A stretch of DNA of 64,000 nt from Spirochaetia bacterium (GCA_963677925.2 CAXXYH010000004.1:1504001-1568000), one strand, 5' to 3'. Shown: positions 54,712 to 64,000, counted from the first letter of the stretch. Notes: generated from the sequence alone by a model not told the origin. A program made the numbers and translations.

Positions 54712-57141
54712 TCAGCGATTTTTAAGAAACGCTTTTATGAGCCTGAAAAGTCCCCTGAAAAACCTTCCGTTTCCCATTTCAACCAGGGCATCCACCATTG
54801 CAAGATTCAGAATATCCCCGCCCAGGAAAGCAAGTCCGCGCAGCGGCATTTCCTTAATCATGGCGTCATACATTCCGGCGGAATTCTCATCGATTTCATC
54901 AACAGATCCGCTCATCTTATTTACAGCTATCATGAAGAGCTTTCCAGCGAGGGTCCTGGTGAAATCAGTTAGGGTAGTATTTCTGTTTATTTGAAGCGGC
55001 AGAATATTTTCGGGAAGAGGTCTACAGTATCGTTTTTCAAAATCAGAAGTGCTGATACTGTGAACCGCTTCAGGTCTGTTTTTTAAACGGCTGTAAATGT
55101 CAGGTTCTGCCGTTGGGGATTCCTGCTCCTCGCCGCCTATTTCAATCCGGGTCTTCAGTCGGATATCCTCCGAAGACGCTCCGATATGGATTTCATAGGT
55201 ACCGGCAACTGTGAGCCAGCGGCCTTTCTCTGCTGAATAGTATGCAAAGCTCCGATCATCAAGGTTCATTACAAGTTCAGCCTCTTCGCCTGGAGCCAAA
55301 CCGGCTTTCTCAAATCCTTTAAGTTCAATTTCCGGTCGGTCTGCAAAAGACTCAGGCGGTTTGATATACAGCTGAACTGTTTCCCTGCCATAAAATGTAC
55401 CTGTATTTTTAATCCTGACTTTTACCTGATATTCATGCCCTGCTGTGTCTACTGCGGTAACCGACAGTTTTTCATAGCTGAAATCGGTATAAGAAAGCCC
55501 GTGTCCGAATGGATAAAGCGGAATGACTCCTGCGGTCGTATAATAACGGTAGCCGACATAAATCGATTCCCTGTACTCAACCTGACGAGGTCCTCCGGGG
55601 AAATATTCATAACATGGACTGTCCGAAAGTTTTACAGGGAAGGTCTCTGCAAGCTTGCCGGAAGGATTAACTTTGCCCGTCAGTATATTCACAAGTGCCT
55701 CGGCTCCGGCCTGACCTGCCAGGTAGCATTCAACAACCGCCTGCACATCACCGTTCCAGGGCATTTCAACCGGCCCGCCGTTGCTGAGGCATACAATTAC
55801 CGGCTTTCCGGTTTTTACCAGTTCGGAAATCAGTCTGTTGTGACTTTCCGGCAGGTTTAAATGACTGCGGTCGAATCCTTCCGATTCAAATTCATCCGGA
55901 AGTCCTGCTGTTACTATTATCTTATCTGCATCACCTGCCTTGATGACAGCTTCACTTATCAGCTTATCATCAACGTTCGGGCTGTTGCCGCTGTATCCTT
56001 CCGAGAAAACAGCCTCGGGGTAGGATTTCCTGATTTCTTCCATAAAAAGCGTTAATTTTGAAGGATTTATTCTTGAACTCCCGGCTCCCTGATATCTCGG
56101 CTTCCGGGCAAAAGCTCCGCATACAAGTATCTTGTCATCGGGAGAGAGGGGGAGGACTGAACCTGTATTCTTCAAAAGGATGATGCATTCTGCTGCTGCC
56201 TCTGCTGCAATTTTATGATTGATCTCAAGGATATCTGTTTTTACTGTGAAGCTTTTTTTCTGTTCATCAGAACGGAATATAAGCTCAAGGACTCTCTCTA
56301 CCGCCTGGTCCAGCAGTTCTTCCTTTAACCGGCCTTCATTCACCGCCCGTACTATCTCATTTGTATTCTCATCCCCCGACCAGGGCATCTCAATATCCTG
56401 GCCTGCTTCCAGGCCTTTTACCCTGTCGTTGCAGGCTCCCCAGTCTGTTACCAGGCCGCCTTTAAAGCCCCAGTCTTCACGCAGGAGCTCAGTGAGCAGA
56501 TGATGGTTTTCACTGGCAAAGTCTCCGTTAAGGCTGTTGTATGCGCACATCACAGTCCATGGCTCAGCCTGCTTGACTGCTCTTTCAAAACCGGAAAGAT
56601 ATATTTCGTGCAGTGCCCTCTCGTCAACCAGAGCATCAATAGTCATTCGGAGATATTCCTGATTATTTGCAGCATAGTGCTTCAAGGATGTACCGATTCC
56701 CTTTTCCTGAGTTCCAATGATCTGTGATGCAGCGAGTTCTCCGCTTAGAAAGGGATCTTCGGAGTAGTACTCGAAGTTTCTGCCGCAGAGAGGACTTCGC
56801 TTTATATTGGCACCGGGGCCGAGAATTACCGAAACATCTGAAGCAATACATTCTTCAGCAATAGCAGAGCCGACCAGATACAGGAGTTGACGATTCCAGC
56901 TTGAAGCAAGAGCCGCAGCAGTAGGAAAACATGTTGCCGGATCGCTTTTTGCCAGTGCCGCTCCGCCACCGGTTTCATTCTGTCTGCGTAATCCGTGCGG
57001 GCCGTCGCAGATCTGGATTTCCGGAATACCGGCGTGTTCTATACCCCGCAGGTGCCATGAGCCTGAACCGGAACAAAGCAGAGCTTTCTCTTCAAGTGTC
57101 AGTCTTGCAAGAGTTTCTTCTATTTTATTAATTGTTTTCAT
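54712..57141 (-). CDS. Glycoside hydrolase family 3 beta-glucosidase
   Basis: DGPHGLR, GRNFEYYSEDP, KHYAANNQE, VTDWG nucleophile, ESEGFDR, YVGYRYY and a C-terminal Fn3-like domain. Confidence 0.93.
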   Translation of the reverse strand: MKTINKIEETLARLTLEEKALLCSGSGSWHLRGIEHAGIPEIQICDGPHGLRRQNETGGGAALAKSDPATCFPTAAALASSWNRQLLYLVGSAIAEECIASDVSVILGPGANIKRSPLCGRNFEYYSEDPFLSGELAASQIIGTQEKGIGTSLKHYAANNQEYLRMTIDALVDERALHEIYLSGFERAVKQAEPWTVMCAYNSLNGDFASENHHLLTELLREDWGFKGGLVTDWGACNDRVKGLEAGQDIEMPWSGDENTNEIVRAVNEGRLKEELLDQAVERVLELIFRSDEQKKSFTVKTDILEINHKIAAEAAAECIILLKNTGSVLPLSPDDKILVCGAFARKPRYQGAGSSRINPSKLTLFMEEIRKSYPEAVFSEGYSGNSPNVDDKLISEAVIKAGDADKIIVTAGLPDEFESEGFDRSHLNLPESHNRLISELVKTGKPVIVCLSNGGPVEMPWNGDVQAVVECYLAGQAGAEALVNILTGKVNPSGKLAETFPVKLSDSPCYEYFPGGPRQVEYRESIYVGYRYYTTAGVIPLYPFGHGLSYTDFSYEKLSVTAVDTAGHEYQVKVRIKNTGTFYGRETVQLYIKPPESFADRPEIELKGFEKAGLAPGEEAELVMNLDDRSFAYYSAEKGRWLTVAGTYEIHIGASSEDIRLKTRIEIGGEEQESPTAEPDIYSRLKNRPEAVHSISTSDFEKRYCRPLPENILPLQINRNTTLTDFTRTLAGKLFMIAVNKMSGSVDEIDENSAGMYDAMIKEMPLRGLAFLGGDILNLAMVDALVEMGNGRFFRGLFRLIKAFLKNR

Positions 57142-57150
57142 CGGTAATAA

Positions 57151-57181
57151 ATCTCCGGTATGATCATAGCATACCGGAGAT
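57151..57181. terminator. Hairpin between lon and the GH3 gene
   Basis: ATCTCCGGTATG-N7-CATACCGGAGAT, perfect 12 bp stem. Confidence 0.6.
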
Positions 57182-57187
57182 GATAAG

Positions 57188-59566
57188 TTAATTGGAAAAA
57201 TTTACGTTTTTTGTACTATCACTGTGCATATAGAGAATTTCGGGTCCGGGAAGTTCAATATCAAGTGCTTCCTTTATAAGCTCCTCAATGGTCTCTATAA
57301 AAACAAACTCAAGGCTCTCGCGGACATCGCAAGGTATATCCTTCAGATCCTGTCTGTTTTCGGCAGACATTATGATCTTCTTTATTCCAGCCCTGTGAGC
57401 CGCAAGGACTTTTTCTTTTATTCCGCCAACAGGCAGAACAGAACCGCGAAGGGTTATCTCTCCGGTCATCGCTGTTTCAGGATCCACAGTTTTTCCTGTA
57501 AGAAGCGAAGCCAGCGATGTGAATAGAGTTATACCTGCCGACGGACCATCCTTCGGAGTGCTTCCTGAAGGCACATGAATATGCAGATCATTCTCATTGA
57601 ATTTAAAATGATGAATCTGGTTCGCCATCCGTGAACGGATCAGACTGACTGAAATTCTTGCAGATTCCTTCATAACATCACCAAGCTGTCCGGTCAGTAT
57701 CAGTTCACCGTTTCCGGGCATGAAGGTGCTCTCAATAAAGAGAATATCTCCGCCCACAGGAGTCCAGGCCAGACCGGTAACAATGCCCGGAGTAATATGC
57801 TTAAGGGCATCTTCCAGTCTTACGGTCTTGTGTCCCAGAATCTCTTCAAGATCCTCAGCCTTGACTGAAATTTTTGTTTCAGGACCATCTGCTGCTATTT
57901 TTTCAGTGGCCTTTCTTGCCACCGCTGCAAGCTGTTTTTTAAGTCCCCGTACTCCGGCTTCCCTGGTGTAATCTGAAATTACTGCATTTACTGCAGATTC
58001 TTCAAACTGAAGCTGCTCTGCGGTTATTCCGTGTTCTTCAAGAACTTCAGGTATTAAATGATCAACCGCGATATGATATTTCTCAAGATTTGTATAGCTT
58101 GAGATTGATATAACTTCCATCCTGTCCAGAAGCGGTCCAGGAATGGAGCTTACCGTATTGGCCGTTGCAATAAAGAAAACGTCCGAAAGGTCGTAGGGCA
58201 GATCGAGGTAATGATCTGTAAAGCTGTTATTCTGCTCCGGATCAAGAACCTCAAGCAGTGCGCTTGCAGGATCGCCGTTGTATGCTGCCATCAGTTTATC
58301 TATCTCATCAAGCACAAATACAGGGTCTTTCTCTCCAGCCTTCTTCATTCCGCTTATAACCCTTCCCGGCAGAGCCCCGATATAGGTTCGTCTGTGCCCT
58401 CTAATTTCAGCCTCATCTTTTACACCGCCAAGGCTTATCCGTACATACTTTCTTCCGAGGGCTTCAGCTATGCTTTTTCCCAGACTGGTTTTTCCGGTTC
58501 CCGGAGGACCTTCAAGCAGAAGGATTGTTCCTCGTTTTTTATCGGTAAGTTTTAGAACGGCAAGATGCTGGATTATTCTTTCCTTCACCTTATCAAGGCC
58601 GTAATGCTGTTCATCCAGGATCTTTCTGGCCTTTTCAAGATCAATTGCCTTTTCAGGACCCTTGAACCAGGGGAGGGCTAAAATAAGATCCAGATATGTC
58701 CTGATCATTCCCTCCTCATGGCCGTTCGGACCCTGTGCTTCCAGTTTGTCAACTTCCTCAAGTGCGGAAGCGCGGATATCCTCGGGAAGTTCCGCCTCAT
58801 TTATCATCTGACGGTAGTCTTTCTTTTTCTTTGACGGACTGTCTTCGTTGAGTTCCTTCTGTATCTCTTTCAGCTGTTCCCTCAGCATGGCCTTTCTGTA
58901 CTGGTTGTTTGTGTTCTCATTGAATTTCTGGGCCATCTCGATCTGCAGTTTCACAGATTCCTTCTGTTTCAGCAGATCATCAATGAACTTGATACCGCGT
59001 TTATGCAGTGAGCGTTCTTCAAGAAGTTCCTGCTTTTCAGCAATTGTCATACTCAGATACTGCACCGAAAAACCGATCATTTTTGTAACGGTATCAATGC
59101 GGTCAAGAATTTTCAGCATCGAAACGGAACCACGGAAGTTTTCAGCAATCTCATGAGCAAGTTTCTTCATATAGTCGAGCATTTCGATCTGCTCAACTTC
59201 TGAAAGATCGGGAGTGTCGGGCTGAAGCTCATAATCGGCATAAACATCGGAATCTTCAAAGAAAAACTCCTTGATATATGCGCGCTCAATGAGATCCATT
59301 TTGAGTTTGATATGATCATCACCCTTTATTGCTGCAGTTATGTTTACAAAGACTCCAGTTCTGTGGAAGTCCTCTTCTTTTAAATTTTTGTTTTCATCAT
59401 AATCTTTAATTGTGACAGCAATAGCGTTATGCTGTCCTGAACGAGTCATCCGGTCAAATAATGCCGATGCCGTACCTGTAATAATCAGCTCAGTCTGTCC
59501 CCCATGCATCAGCACGGTGCCTTTGAGGGGAAGAACAGGTAGTCTGTTTTCGGTTAACATATTCAT
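57188..59566 (-). CDS. lon: ATP-dependent Lon protease
   Basis: GPPGTGKTS, IRGHRRTYIGALPG, LDEIDK, KDGPSAG and GGIKEK motifs; ATG 59566 follows GAGGGG. Confidence 0.96.
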   Translation of the reverse strand: MNMLTENRLPVLPLKGTVLMHGGQTELIITGTASALFDRMTRSGQHNAIAVTIKDYDENKNLKEEDFHRTGVFVNITAAIKGDDHIKLKMDLIERAYIKEFFFEDSDVYADYELQPDTPDLSEVEQIEMLDYMKKLAHEIAENFRGSVSMLKILDRIDTVTKMIGFSVQYLSMTIAEKQELLEERSLHKRGIKFIDDLLKQKESVKLQIEMAQKFNENTNNQYRKAMLREQLKEIQKELNEDSPSKKKKDYRQMINEAELPEDIRASALEEVDKLEAQGPNGHEEGMIRTYLDLILALPWFKGPEKAIDLEKARKILDEQHYGLDKVKERIIQHLAVLKLTDKKRGTILLLEGPPGTGKTSLGKSIAEALGRKYVRISLGGVKDEAEIRGHRRTYIGALPGRVISGMKKAGEKDPVFVLDEIDKLMAAYNGDPASALLEVLDPEQNNSFTDHYLDLPYDLSDVFFIATANTVSSIPGPLLDRMEVISISSYTNLEKYHIAVDHLIPEVLEEHGITAEQLQFEESAVNAVISDYTREAGVRGLKKQLAAVARKATEKIAADGPETKISVKAEDLEEILGHKTVRLEDALKHITPGIVTGLAWTPVGGDILFIESTFMPGNGELILTGQLGDVMKESARISVSLIRSRMANQIHHFKFNENDLHIHVPSGSTPKDGPSAGITLFTSLASLLTGKTVDPETAMTGEITLRGSVLPVGGIKEKVLAAHRAGIKKIIMSAENRQDLKDIPCDVRESLEFVFIETIEELIKEALDIELPGPEILYMHSDSTKNVNFSN

Positions 59567-59727
59567 TATATATTTACCCCTCTTTATAGTTAAATCTATA
59601 TTGAATTTAATTACTGAGTATTGAGGGGTCAAGGAAAAAGGATAAATATTATAAGTTTGCTAAGGAATAATTTTTAAATAAAAAAGCAGAATCAGACCTT
59701 AGCCTGATTCCGCCTGCAGTTTTCTTC

Positions 59728-60288
59728 TCAGCCGCAACCGCCGCAGCAGCCTTCGTCATCACATCCGTCGCCGCAGTTCTCGTCACCTTCGTGACCGCAG
59801 TCACATCCGCATCCATGTTCATGGTCATGCTCATGATAAAAATGGGCCAGATCTTCCTCTGTTGTTTCGCGAACTTCCATTACACCCATTTCGAAGGTGA
59901 TATCCATTCCGGCAAAAGGATGGTTTGCATCAATTGTAACCATATCATCGTCGATAGCTTTTACAGTGACAATCATTTCTTTCTGGCCGTCACTGGCAAT
60001 AATATCTATTCCAACCTCAAGATTTTCAGGCTGATCAAATTCGGAAATCGGAACCTGGGCAATGTATTCATCGACTACTTCGCCGAAGCCGTCTTTAGCT
60101 TCCAGTTCGATTGTCACGGAATCTCCGGCTGATTTTCCTTCAAGTGCTGCTTCAACCGCCTTGGGGAACATTTCGTGACCGAAGAGTATTGTTACAGGAC
60201 CCTGTTCACTGGTTGTTTCCAGGACAGTGCCGTCTTTTGCTTTTAAAACGTAGTTTAACGTTACTGTTGTCTTTTCTGCTATGTTCAT
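59728..60288 (-). CDS. slyD: SlyD-type FKBP peptidyl-prolyl isomerase with His/Cys-rich metal-binding tail
   Basis: VTIDANHPFAG, VRETTEEDL and tail HEHDHEHGCGCDCGHEGDENCGDGCDDEGCCGGCG. Confidence 0.9.
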   Translation of the reverse strand: MNIAEKTTVTLNYVLKAKDGTVLETTSEQGPVTILFGHEMFPKAVEAALEGKSAGDSVTIELEAKDGFGEVVDEYIAQVPISEFDQPENLEVGIDIIASDGQKEMIVTVKAIDDDMVTIDANHPFAGMDITFEMGVMEVRETTEEDLAHFYHEHDHEHGCGCDCGHEGDENCGDGCDDEGCCGGCG

Positions 60289-60361
60289 GGTCAAAGTATA
60301 TCAGCTCATCCTTGTTGTGGATATACCGGCTTCGTCCGAATATAGCTGGTTTTCGTGCGTT

Positions 60362-62191
60362 TTACTTTATGTAGACATCATCATACAGAACAAGGTTCCA
60401 TCCTTCCAGATGTGATTCCGCCTTCCGCTCCGGGCTGGTTATTGTTCCGATACCGGTGGTCTGAAGGTACTTGCGTATGGTTTGTATTCTTTTATAAATC
60501 TTCTGGTAGTGGGGGCAGATACTCGATTTACAGTACCCGCCGCAGCCTGATGTTTCTTCTTTATTCAGCATGTCCAGAATTCGGTAGCAATGAAGAGGCT
60601 CTTCATAATTGTTTATGAATTCTTTTATTATAATAAAATTATCCTTTCCGGAGCAGGCAGGAAGCGGTCGTCCGTTCAGGTCCAGTATGGAATCTTTAAT
60701 GACAAGAGGTTTTTGAGGCATACTGAAGAATCGTGCAGAGAGAGAGAACAGCAGCAGTAACATTATTCTATTAATGAAGAATGACAGGAACATGGGTGTA
60801 TTCATACCAGTGCTGCTGATGCCGAATGTGATTCCGGGGTCAATAAACAGTGCCAGCAGCACCATATAAAACCATATGAGCCAGAAAAGCCAGTCGGGAG
60901 CTCTTTCTCTCAGCATGCTGATATCACTGCGCTTCTCAAGGTTCGGAAACCTGACCATCAAACAAAGGACGAAAAGTACAATTGCTTTCATCACCAGCAT
61001 CAGAACTTCCTGTTCAGAAAGTACACTAATAAGTAAAAACGAAGTTATTACCAACGAGGTAATCGAAATTATTATGGATTTTCCTGTTACTTTTACCGGT
61101 CTGCCCAGCGTAAAAATAATAATGAAACAGAATACTGCAATTAGAAGCGGGACGATAACCCTGGGCAGTGTTCCTTCTGCTCCGTATACGGCTTCAACAG
61201 CCAGCGCGGCGCTGCCGGTAATAGAAAGCAGGAGCATGGTTATCAATCCCGAATCAGTCCGGGCCTCTGACTTGTATACTTCACTGACAACGGGAATTCG
61301 CAATGGAAAAGGTCTGCGCTTAACAATCTGAACACCCTTTTCCGGCTTGAAGGTCCAGCCCAGTTCAATCACATTCTTTCTGTTTTCAGGCGGAATAATC
61401 ATTCCAATGCCCAGATTTCCGAGCTTTTTATCAAGACTTTTTATATGCCTGTATATAATCGGATAGGCTGGACAGTCTGTTGCCAGTTGGGAGCCCGGAG
61501 AACAGTTAAACTGTCTGCGTTTATTATTATTGTTTAATATGGGAATGATATCGCGGCATCGGATTCTTTTTCCTGTAATAAGTTTTTTCAGGATTGGTAA
61601 TTCTATTTCACTGAAAAATGACGAAATATCTTCGTTTCTGTATCTGATATCTTCATTTTCGATGAATATGTGTGAAAGGAATACGTTTTTCAGCTTCCAT
61701 AGAAAGTAAACGGCTGGAAGATAGTTAAAAGCCTCATAAAGCTTCAACAGAATTTCTCCTGCGGACAGAGGGTTTTGCAGCAAGCGGTGTATCAGCAATA
61801 AAATAAGCATAGCTGAATATGAAAAGAGAAGGAGTATAAGGCGGTTCAGCCCTTTAGACAGCTTTGAGAAATCCTGGGAACGGGAGAGTTTAAAAATCAA
61901 AACGAAGATAATTGTAAGAAGAGGGCCCTGGTATAGATTGATTAAAAGCCTGAAATAAATCAATTGATGAATAAATCCGCTAAAGATCACTATGGCTGAA
62001 AAAACCGCTGCAAGCACTGAAGTCAGAATAATAAGGGGACGTTTCTTTTCCAGGTTGAGAAGAAAGAACTCAATAACTATTTGCAGGATAAAAAGGGCTG
62101 CGCCTGATACGTTTACAAATAAATTATCTGCTGAAATTACCGCTGCTATCAGAGCCGGAAGTGAGGTGTATAAAATAAGCAGGAGTTTCAA
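60362..62191 (-). CDS. Membrane protein with two repeats of a TM bundle plus a Cys-containing winged-helix-like domain
   Basis: Two hydrophobic blocks, each followed by C-x2-I-x3-LN...CP-x-Y-x2-IY-[RK]-x-I-x4-K-x-L-x3-GIG-x-I-x2-PE-x8-GW. Confidence 0.75.
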   Translation of the reverse strand: MKLLLILYTSLPALIAAVISADNLFVNVSGAALFILQIVIEFFLLNLEKKRPLIILTSVLAAVFSAIVIFSGFIHQLIYFRLLINLYQGPLLTIIFVLIFKLSRSQDFSKLSKGLNRLILLLFSYSAMLILLLIHRLLQNPLSAGEILLKLYEAFNYLPAVYFLWKLKNVFLSHIFIENEDIRYRNEDISSFFSEIELPILKKLITGKRIRCRDIIPILNNNNKRRQFNCSPGSQLATDCPAYPIIYRHIKSLDKKLGNLGIGMIIPPENRKNVIELGWTFKPEKGVQIVKRRPFPLRIPVVSEVYKSEARTDSGLITMLLLSITGSAALAVEAVYGAEGTLPRVIVPLLIAVFCFIIIFTLGRPVKVTGKSIIISITSLVITSFLLISVLSEQEVLMLVMKAIVLFVLCLMVRFPNLEKRSDISMLRERAPDWLFWLIWFYMVLLALFIDPGITFGISSTGMNTPMFLSFFINRIMLLLLFSLSARFFSMPQKPLVIKDSILDLNGRPLPACSGKDNFIIIKEFINNYEEPLHCYRILDMLNKEETSGCGGYCKSSICPHYQKIYKRIQTIRKYLQTTGIGTITSPERKAESHLEGWNLVLYDDVYIK

Positions 62192-62886
62192 CGGCTTTTC
62201 CTCGCTTCCGATCTCATCGTTATCAGTGTTACAATAAATGGTGAAATGAGTATCAGAATTGCAAAATATCTGTATTCTGCATATGCCATAGCAATTATTA
62301 CCGCTGCAAGGCTTGCCGGAACAGCAGTCTGATAATAAGGATCGAACATATCAAGGAAGGCCTGCTTGACAGGTTCTCCGTCTTCAACCTTGTAGAAAAA
62401 TGCATTGATCAAGCAGGATAGAGTAAAGAATAAAGGTGCGATAATCATCGCAGGAATGATCTGGAAATTTGCTGTTGAACTAGTCATGAAATGATAGCCA
62501 TGATACAGAACAAGCATAATCAGTATATGGTGCGATATATTTAAGAGGATATATCTTGCCGCAGTGTTAAAGATATGCCAAAAGCGGTTTTCATCCTTTG
62601 TTATTATTAATAGAAAAGTAAGAGATATTGTGATTGCCGCGGTTAGCGGTCCGCAGGACAGGAGACATCCGCAGAAAACAGCTTCTATCGGTGAGATAAA
62701 GAAGCTGCCGTTTACATAATAGATTGCGAGTGATTCACTTAGTACTGCTGCAATAGTCCAGATGATGATATCTGCCGGAACCAATGCTGTAAAATCAGAC
62801 TTCTCTACGGTGAATAAAAGAATTGCTGCTGCAGATACGATTAATACTGATAAAAAAAGATATACTTTTAGCTTTCGGGAATTCAT
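62188..62886 (-). CDS. Hypothetical polytopic membrane protein (MASE-like sensor domain with no output domain)
   Basis: About 7 hydrophobic segments; AVLSESLAI...FISPIEAV...GPLTAA resembles N-terminal sensor domains of HD-GYP/GGDEF proteins; TTGA overlap with the downstream gene; GGAG before ATG 62886. Confidence 0.65.
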   Translation of the reverse strand: MNSRKLKVYLFLSVLIVSAAAILLFTVEKSDFTALVPADIIIWTIAAVLSESLAIYYVNGSFFISPIEAVFCGCLLSCGPLTAAITISLTFLLIITKDENRFWHIFNTAARYILLNISHHILIMLVLYHGYHFMTSSTANFQIIPAMIIAPLFFTLSCLINAFFYKVEDGEPVKQAFLDMFDPYYQTAVPASLAAVIIAMAYAEYRYFAILILISPFIVTLITMRSEARKSR

Positions 62887-63119
62887 TAAATTGTTTTTCT
62901 CCCATAAAACAATAGGAGATATTTTAAATGCCGTCAACAAATAAACTATGAAGCCTCTCCTACTTTATTCGGCCAGTCTGTAAGCATAATTAATATTGTA
63001 TTGCCAGTTCGTTTAGTTGTTTCCGTACGATTTTCCAATTGATTCTGTGTGGAAAGTTTACTTGAGTCTATGCGGGTGATAGGATTTATTATGAAATCAA
63101 AATTGTTACAGGAGCTAAA

Positions 63120-64000
63120 ATGTTAAAGAAAATAATATCTGCATTGAATATAGGTATTCTGCTGCTGACTATTTCAGCCTGCAATGTTGAGATAAGTAAT
63201 CCAGAGGCCGGAGTCCCTGATTCTGAGGCGTCGGATCCTTCAATTGCTTCGGATACCTCCGATACAGAAGATATAGGGGATACTGGAGATGAAAGCAGCG
63301 AAGATGAGCTGAAGGCTGGAGATCAGCAAACTTTTACAGTAGAAAGTATCGATTTTAAAATGAATTTTGTTCCAGGGGTGCTTACCTTTCCATCAGGAGC
63401 GAACGATACAGCTTATAAAACAATTGATCATAACTACTGGATGGCCGAAACCGAGGTAAGCTTTGAACTTTATAATACTGTATACAACTGGGCTATAACT
63501 GATTCCGGCAGCGGTACACGTGCTGACGGCGGTGTTATTTACACCTTTGGACTCTTGGGTAATTCAGGCGGCAGAGGTGGTTATGATGACGGTGAACAGC
63601 ATAATAATATAGTATATGAGACCGGGCATGAAAAACATCCAGTCACCATGGTGAGCTGGCGTTTTGCCATGGCCTGGTGCAATGCTTTAACAGAGTATTA
63701 CAACGCCAACAATGGAACAGAGCCCGATCTGAGCCTTGTTTATCTGCAGTCAGACGGCGGTGAACCAATTCGAATGGTGTCGGATTCTTATGATTCCAAT
63801 GCTTATGAAGATGATCCATTCGTGGTAGAAACAGCCAATGGCTTTCGCCTGCCGACATCCCTTGAATGGGAACTGGCGGCAAGATATATCGGTGATGCGA
63901 ATGGTGATGGAGACATTAGTGATGATGGTGAATACTACCGCGGCTGGTTTGCGAGTGGAGCAGATGCCAGATATAATGAGAGTCCCACTGCTGATCATGA
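63120..64000 (+). CDS. FGE-sulfatase (SUMF1)-domain lipoprotein, 3'-truncated by the window edge
   Basis: Absent from the ORF track because it has no stop in the window. Manual translation from ATG 63120 (GGAG RBS): MLKKIISALNIGILLLTISA-C, acidic linker, YWMAETEVSFELY, HPVTMVSWRFAMAWCNAL, GFRLPTSLEWELAARY. Confidence 0.85.
   Translation, partial: MLKKIISALNIGILLLTISACNVEISNPEAGVPDSEASDPSIASDTSDTEDIGDTGDESSEDELKAGDQQTFTVESIDFKMNFVPGVLTFPSGANDTAYKTIDHNYWMAETEVSFELYNTVYNWAITDSGSGTRADGGVIYTFGLLGNSGGRGGYDDGEQHNNIVYETGHEKHPVTMVSWRFAMAWCNALTEYYNANNGTEPDLSLVYLQSDGGEPIRMVSDSYDSNAYEDDPFVVETANGFRLPTSLEWELAARYIGDANGDGDISDDGEYYRGWFASGADARYNESPTADH

Noticed and set aside
59728-59840. Low-complexity GC-rich repeats near 59.75 kb as a repeat element
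   Set aside because: Explained by the His/Cys/Gly-rich tail of SlyD.
63643-63998. Minus-strand ORFs of 79 and 82 aa at the window end
   Set aside because: Antisense to the FGE-domain lipoprotein frame that starts at 63120.
1-64000. CRISPR arrays, tRNA/rRNA genes, IS elements, prophage or defence systems
   Set aside because: No regularly spaced repeats, cloverleaf or rRNA-like segments, transposase, integrase, reverse transcriptase or nuclease ORFs recognised; intergenic gaps are all short.

Overview
A 64 kb gene-dense bacterial chromosomal segment of moderate GC. The spirochaete-type lipoproteins, PEGA and FGE-domain proteins suggest a free-living Spirochaetaceae-like anaerobe (inference). 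It holds a NitT/TauT-type ABC importer; an apbE-ubiD-ubiA operon plus a separate ubiX (late steps of futalosine-type menaquinone synthesis); a sigma54-driven Amt-HAMP-GGDEF ammonium sensor; a LysR-linked Fe-S flavoenzyme/SDR cluster; two sugar/polyol clusters with paralogous L-xylulokinase-like kinases flanking a complete trpE-GD-CF-B-A operon; orphan lipoproteins; rcnA-like/DUF1007; a GH3 glucosidase; lon; slyD; and an FGE-domain lipoprotein cut off at the window end. The strongest candidate for an undescribed system is a soluble fusion of a sugar-ABC nucleotide-binding domain, PAS and a histidine kinase. It is paired with a sigma54 response regulator and lies divergent from a sugar ABC importer that has a sigma54 promoter, enhancer-like sites and a candidate SorC-type operator. 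Also notable: a membrane protein with two Cys-containing winged-helix-like domains, many apparently leaderless genes, a kinase gene bracketed by direct repeats, and an ArsR operator array facing a small ORF. No rRNA, tRNA, CRISPR array or transposase was recognised. All calls are by eye; no database searches were run.
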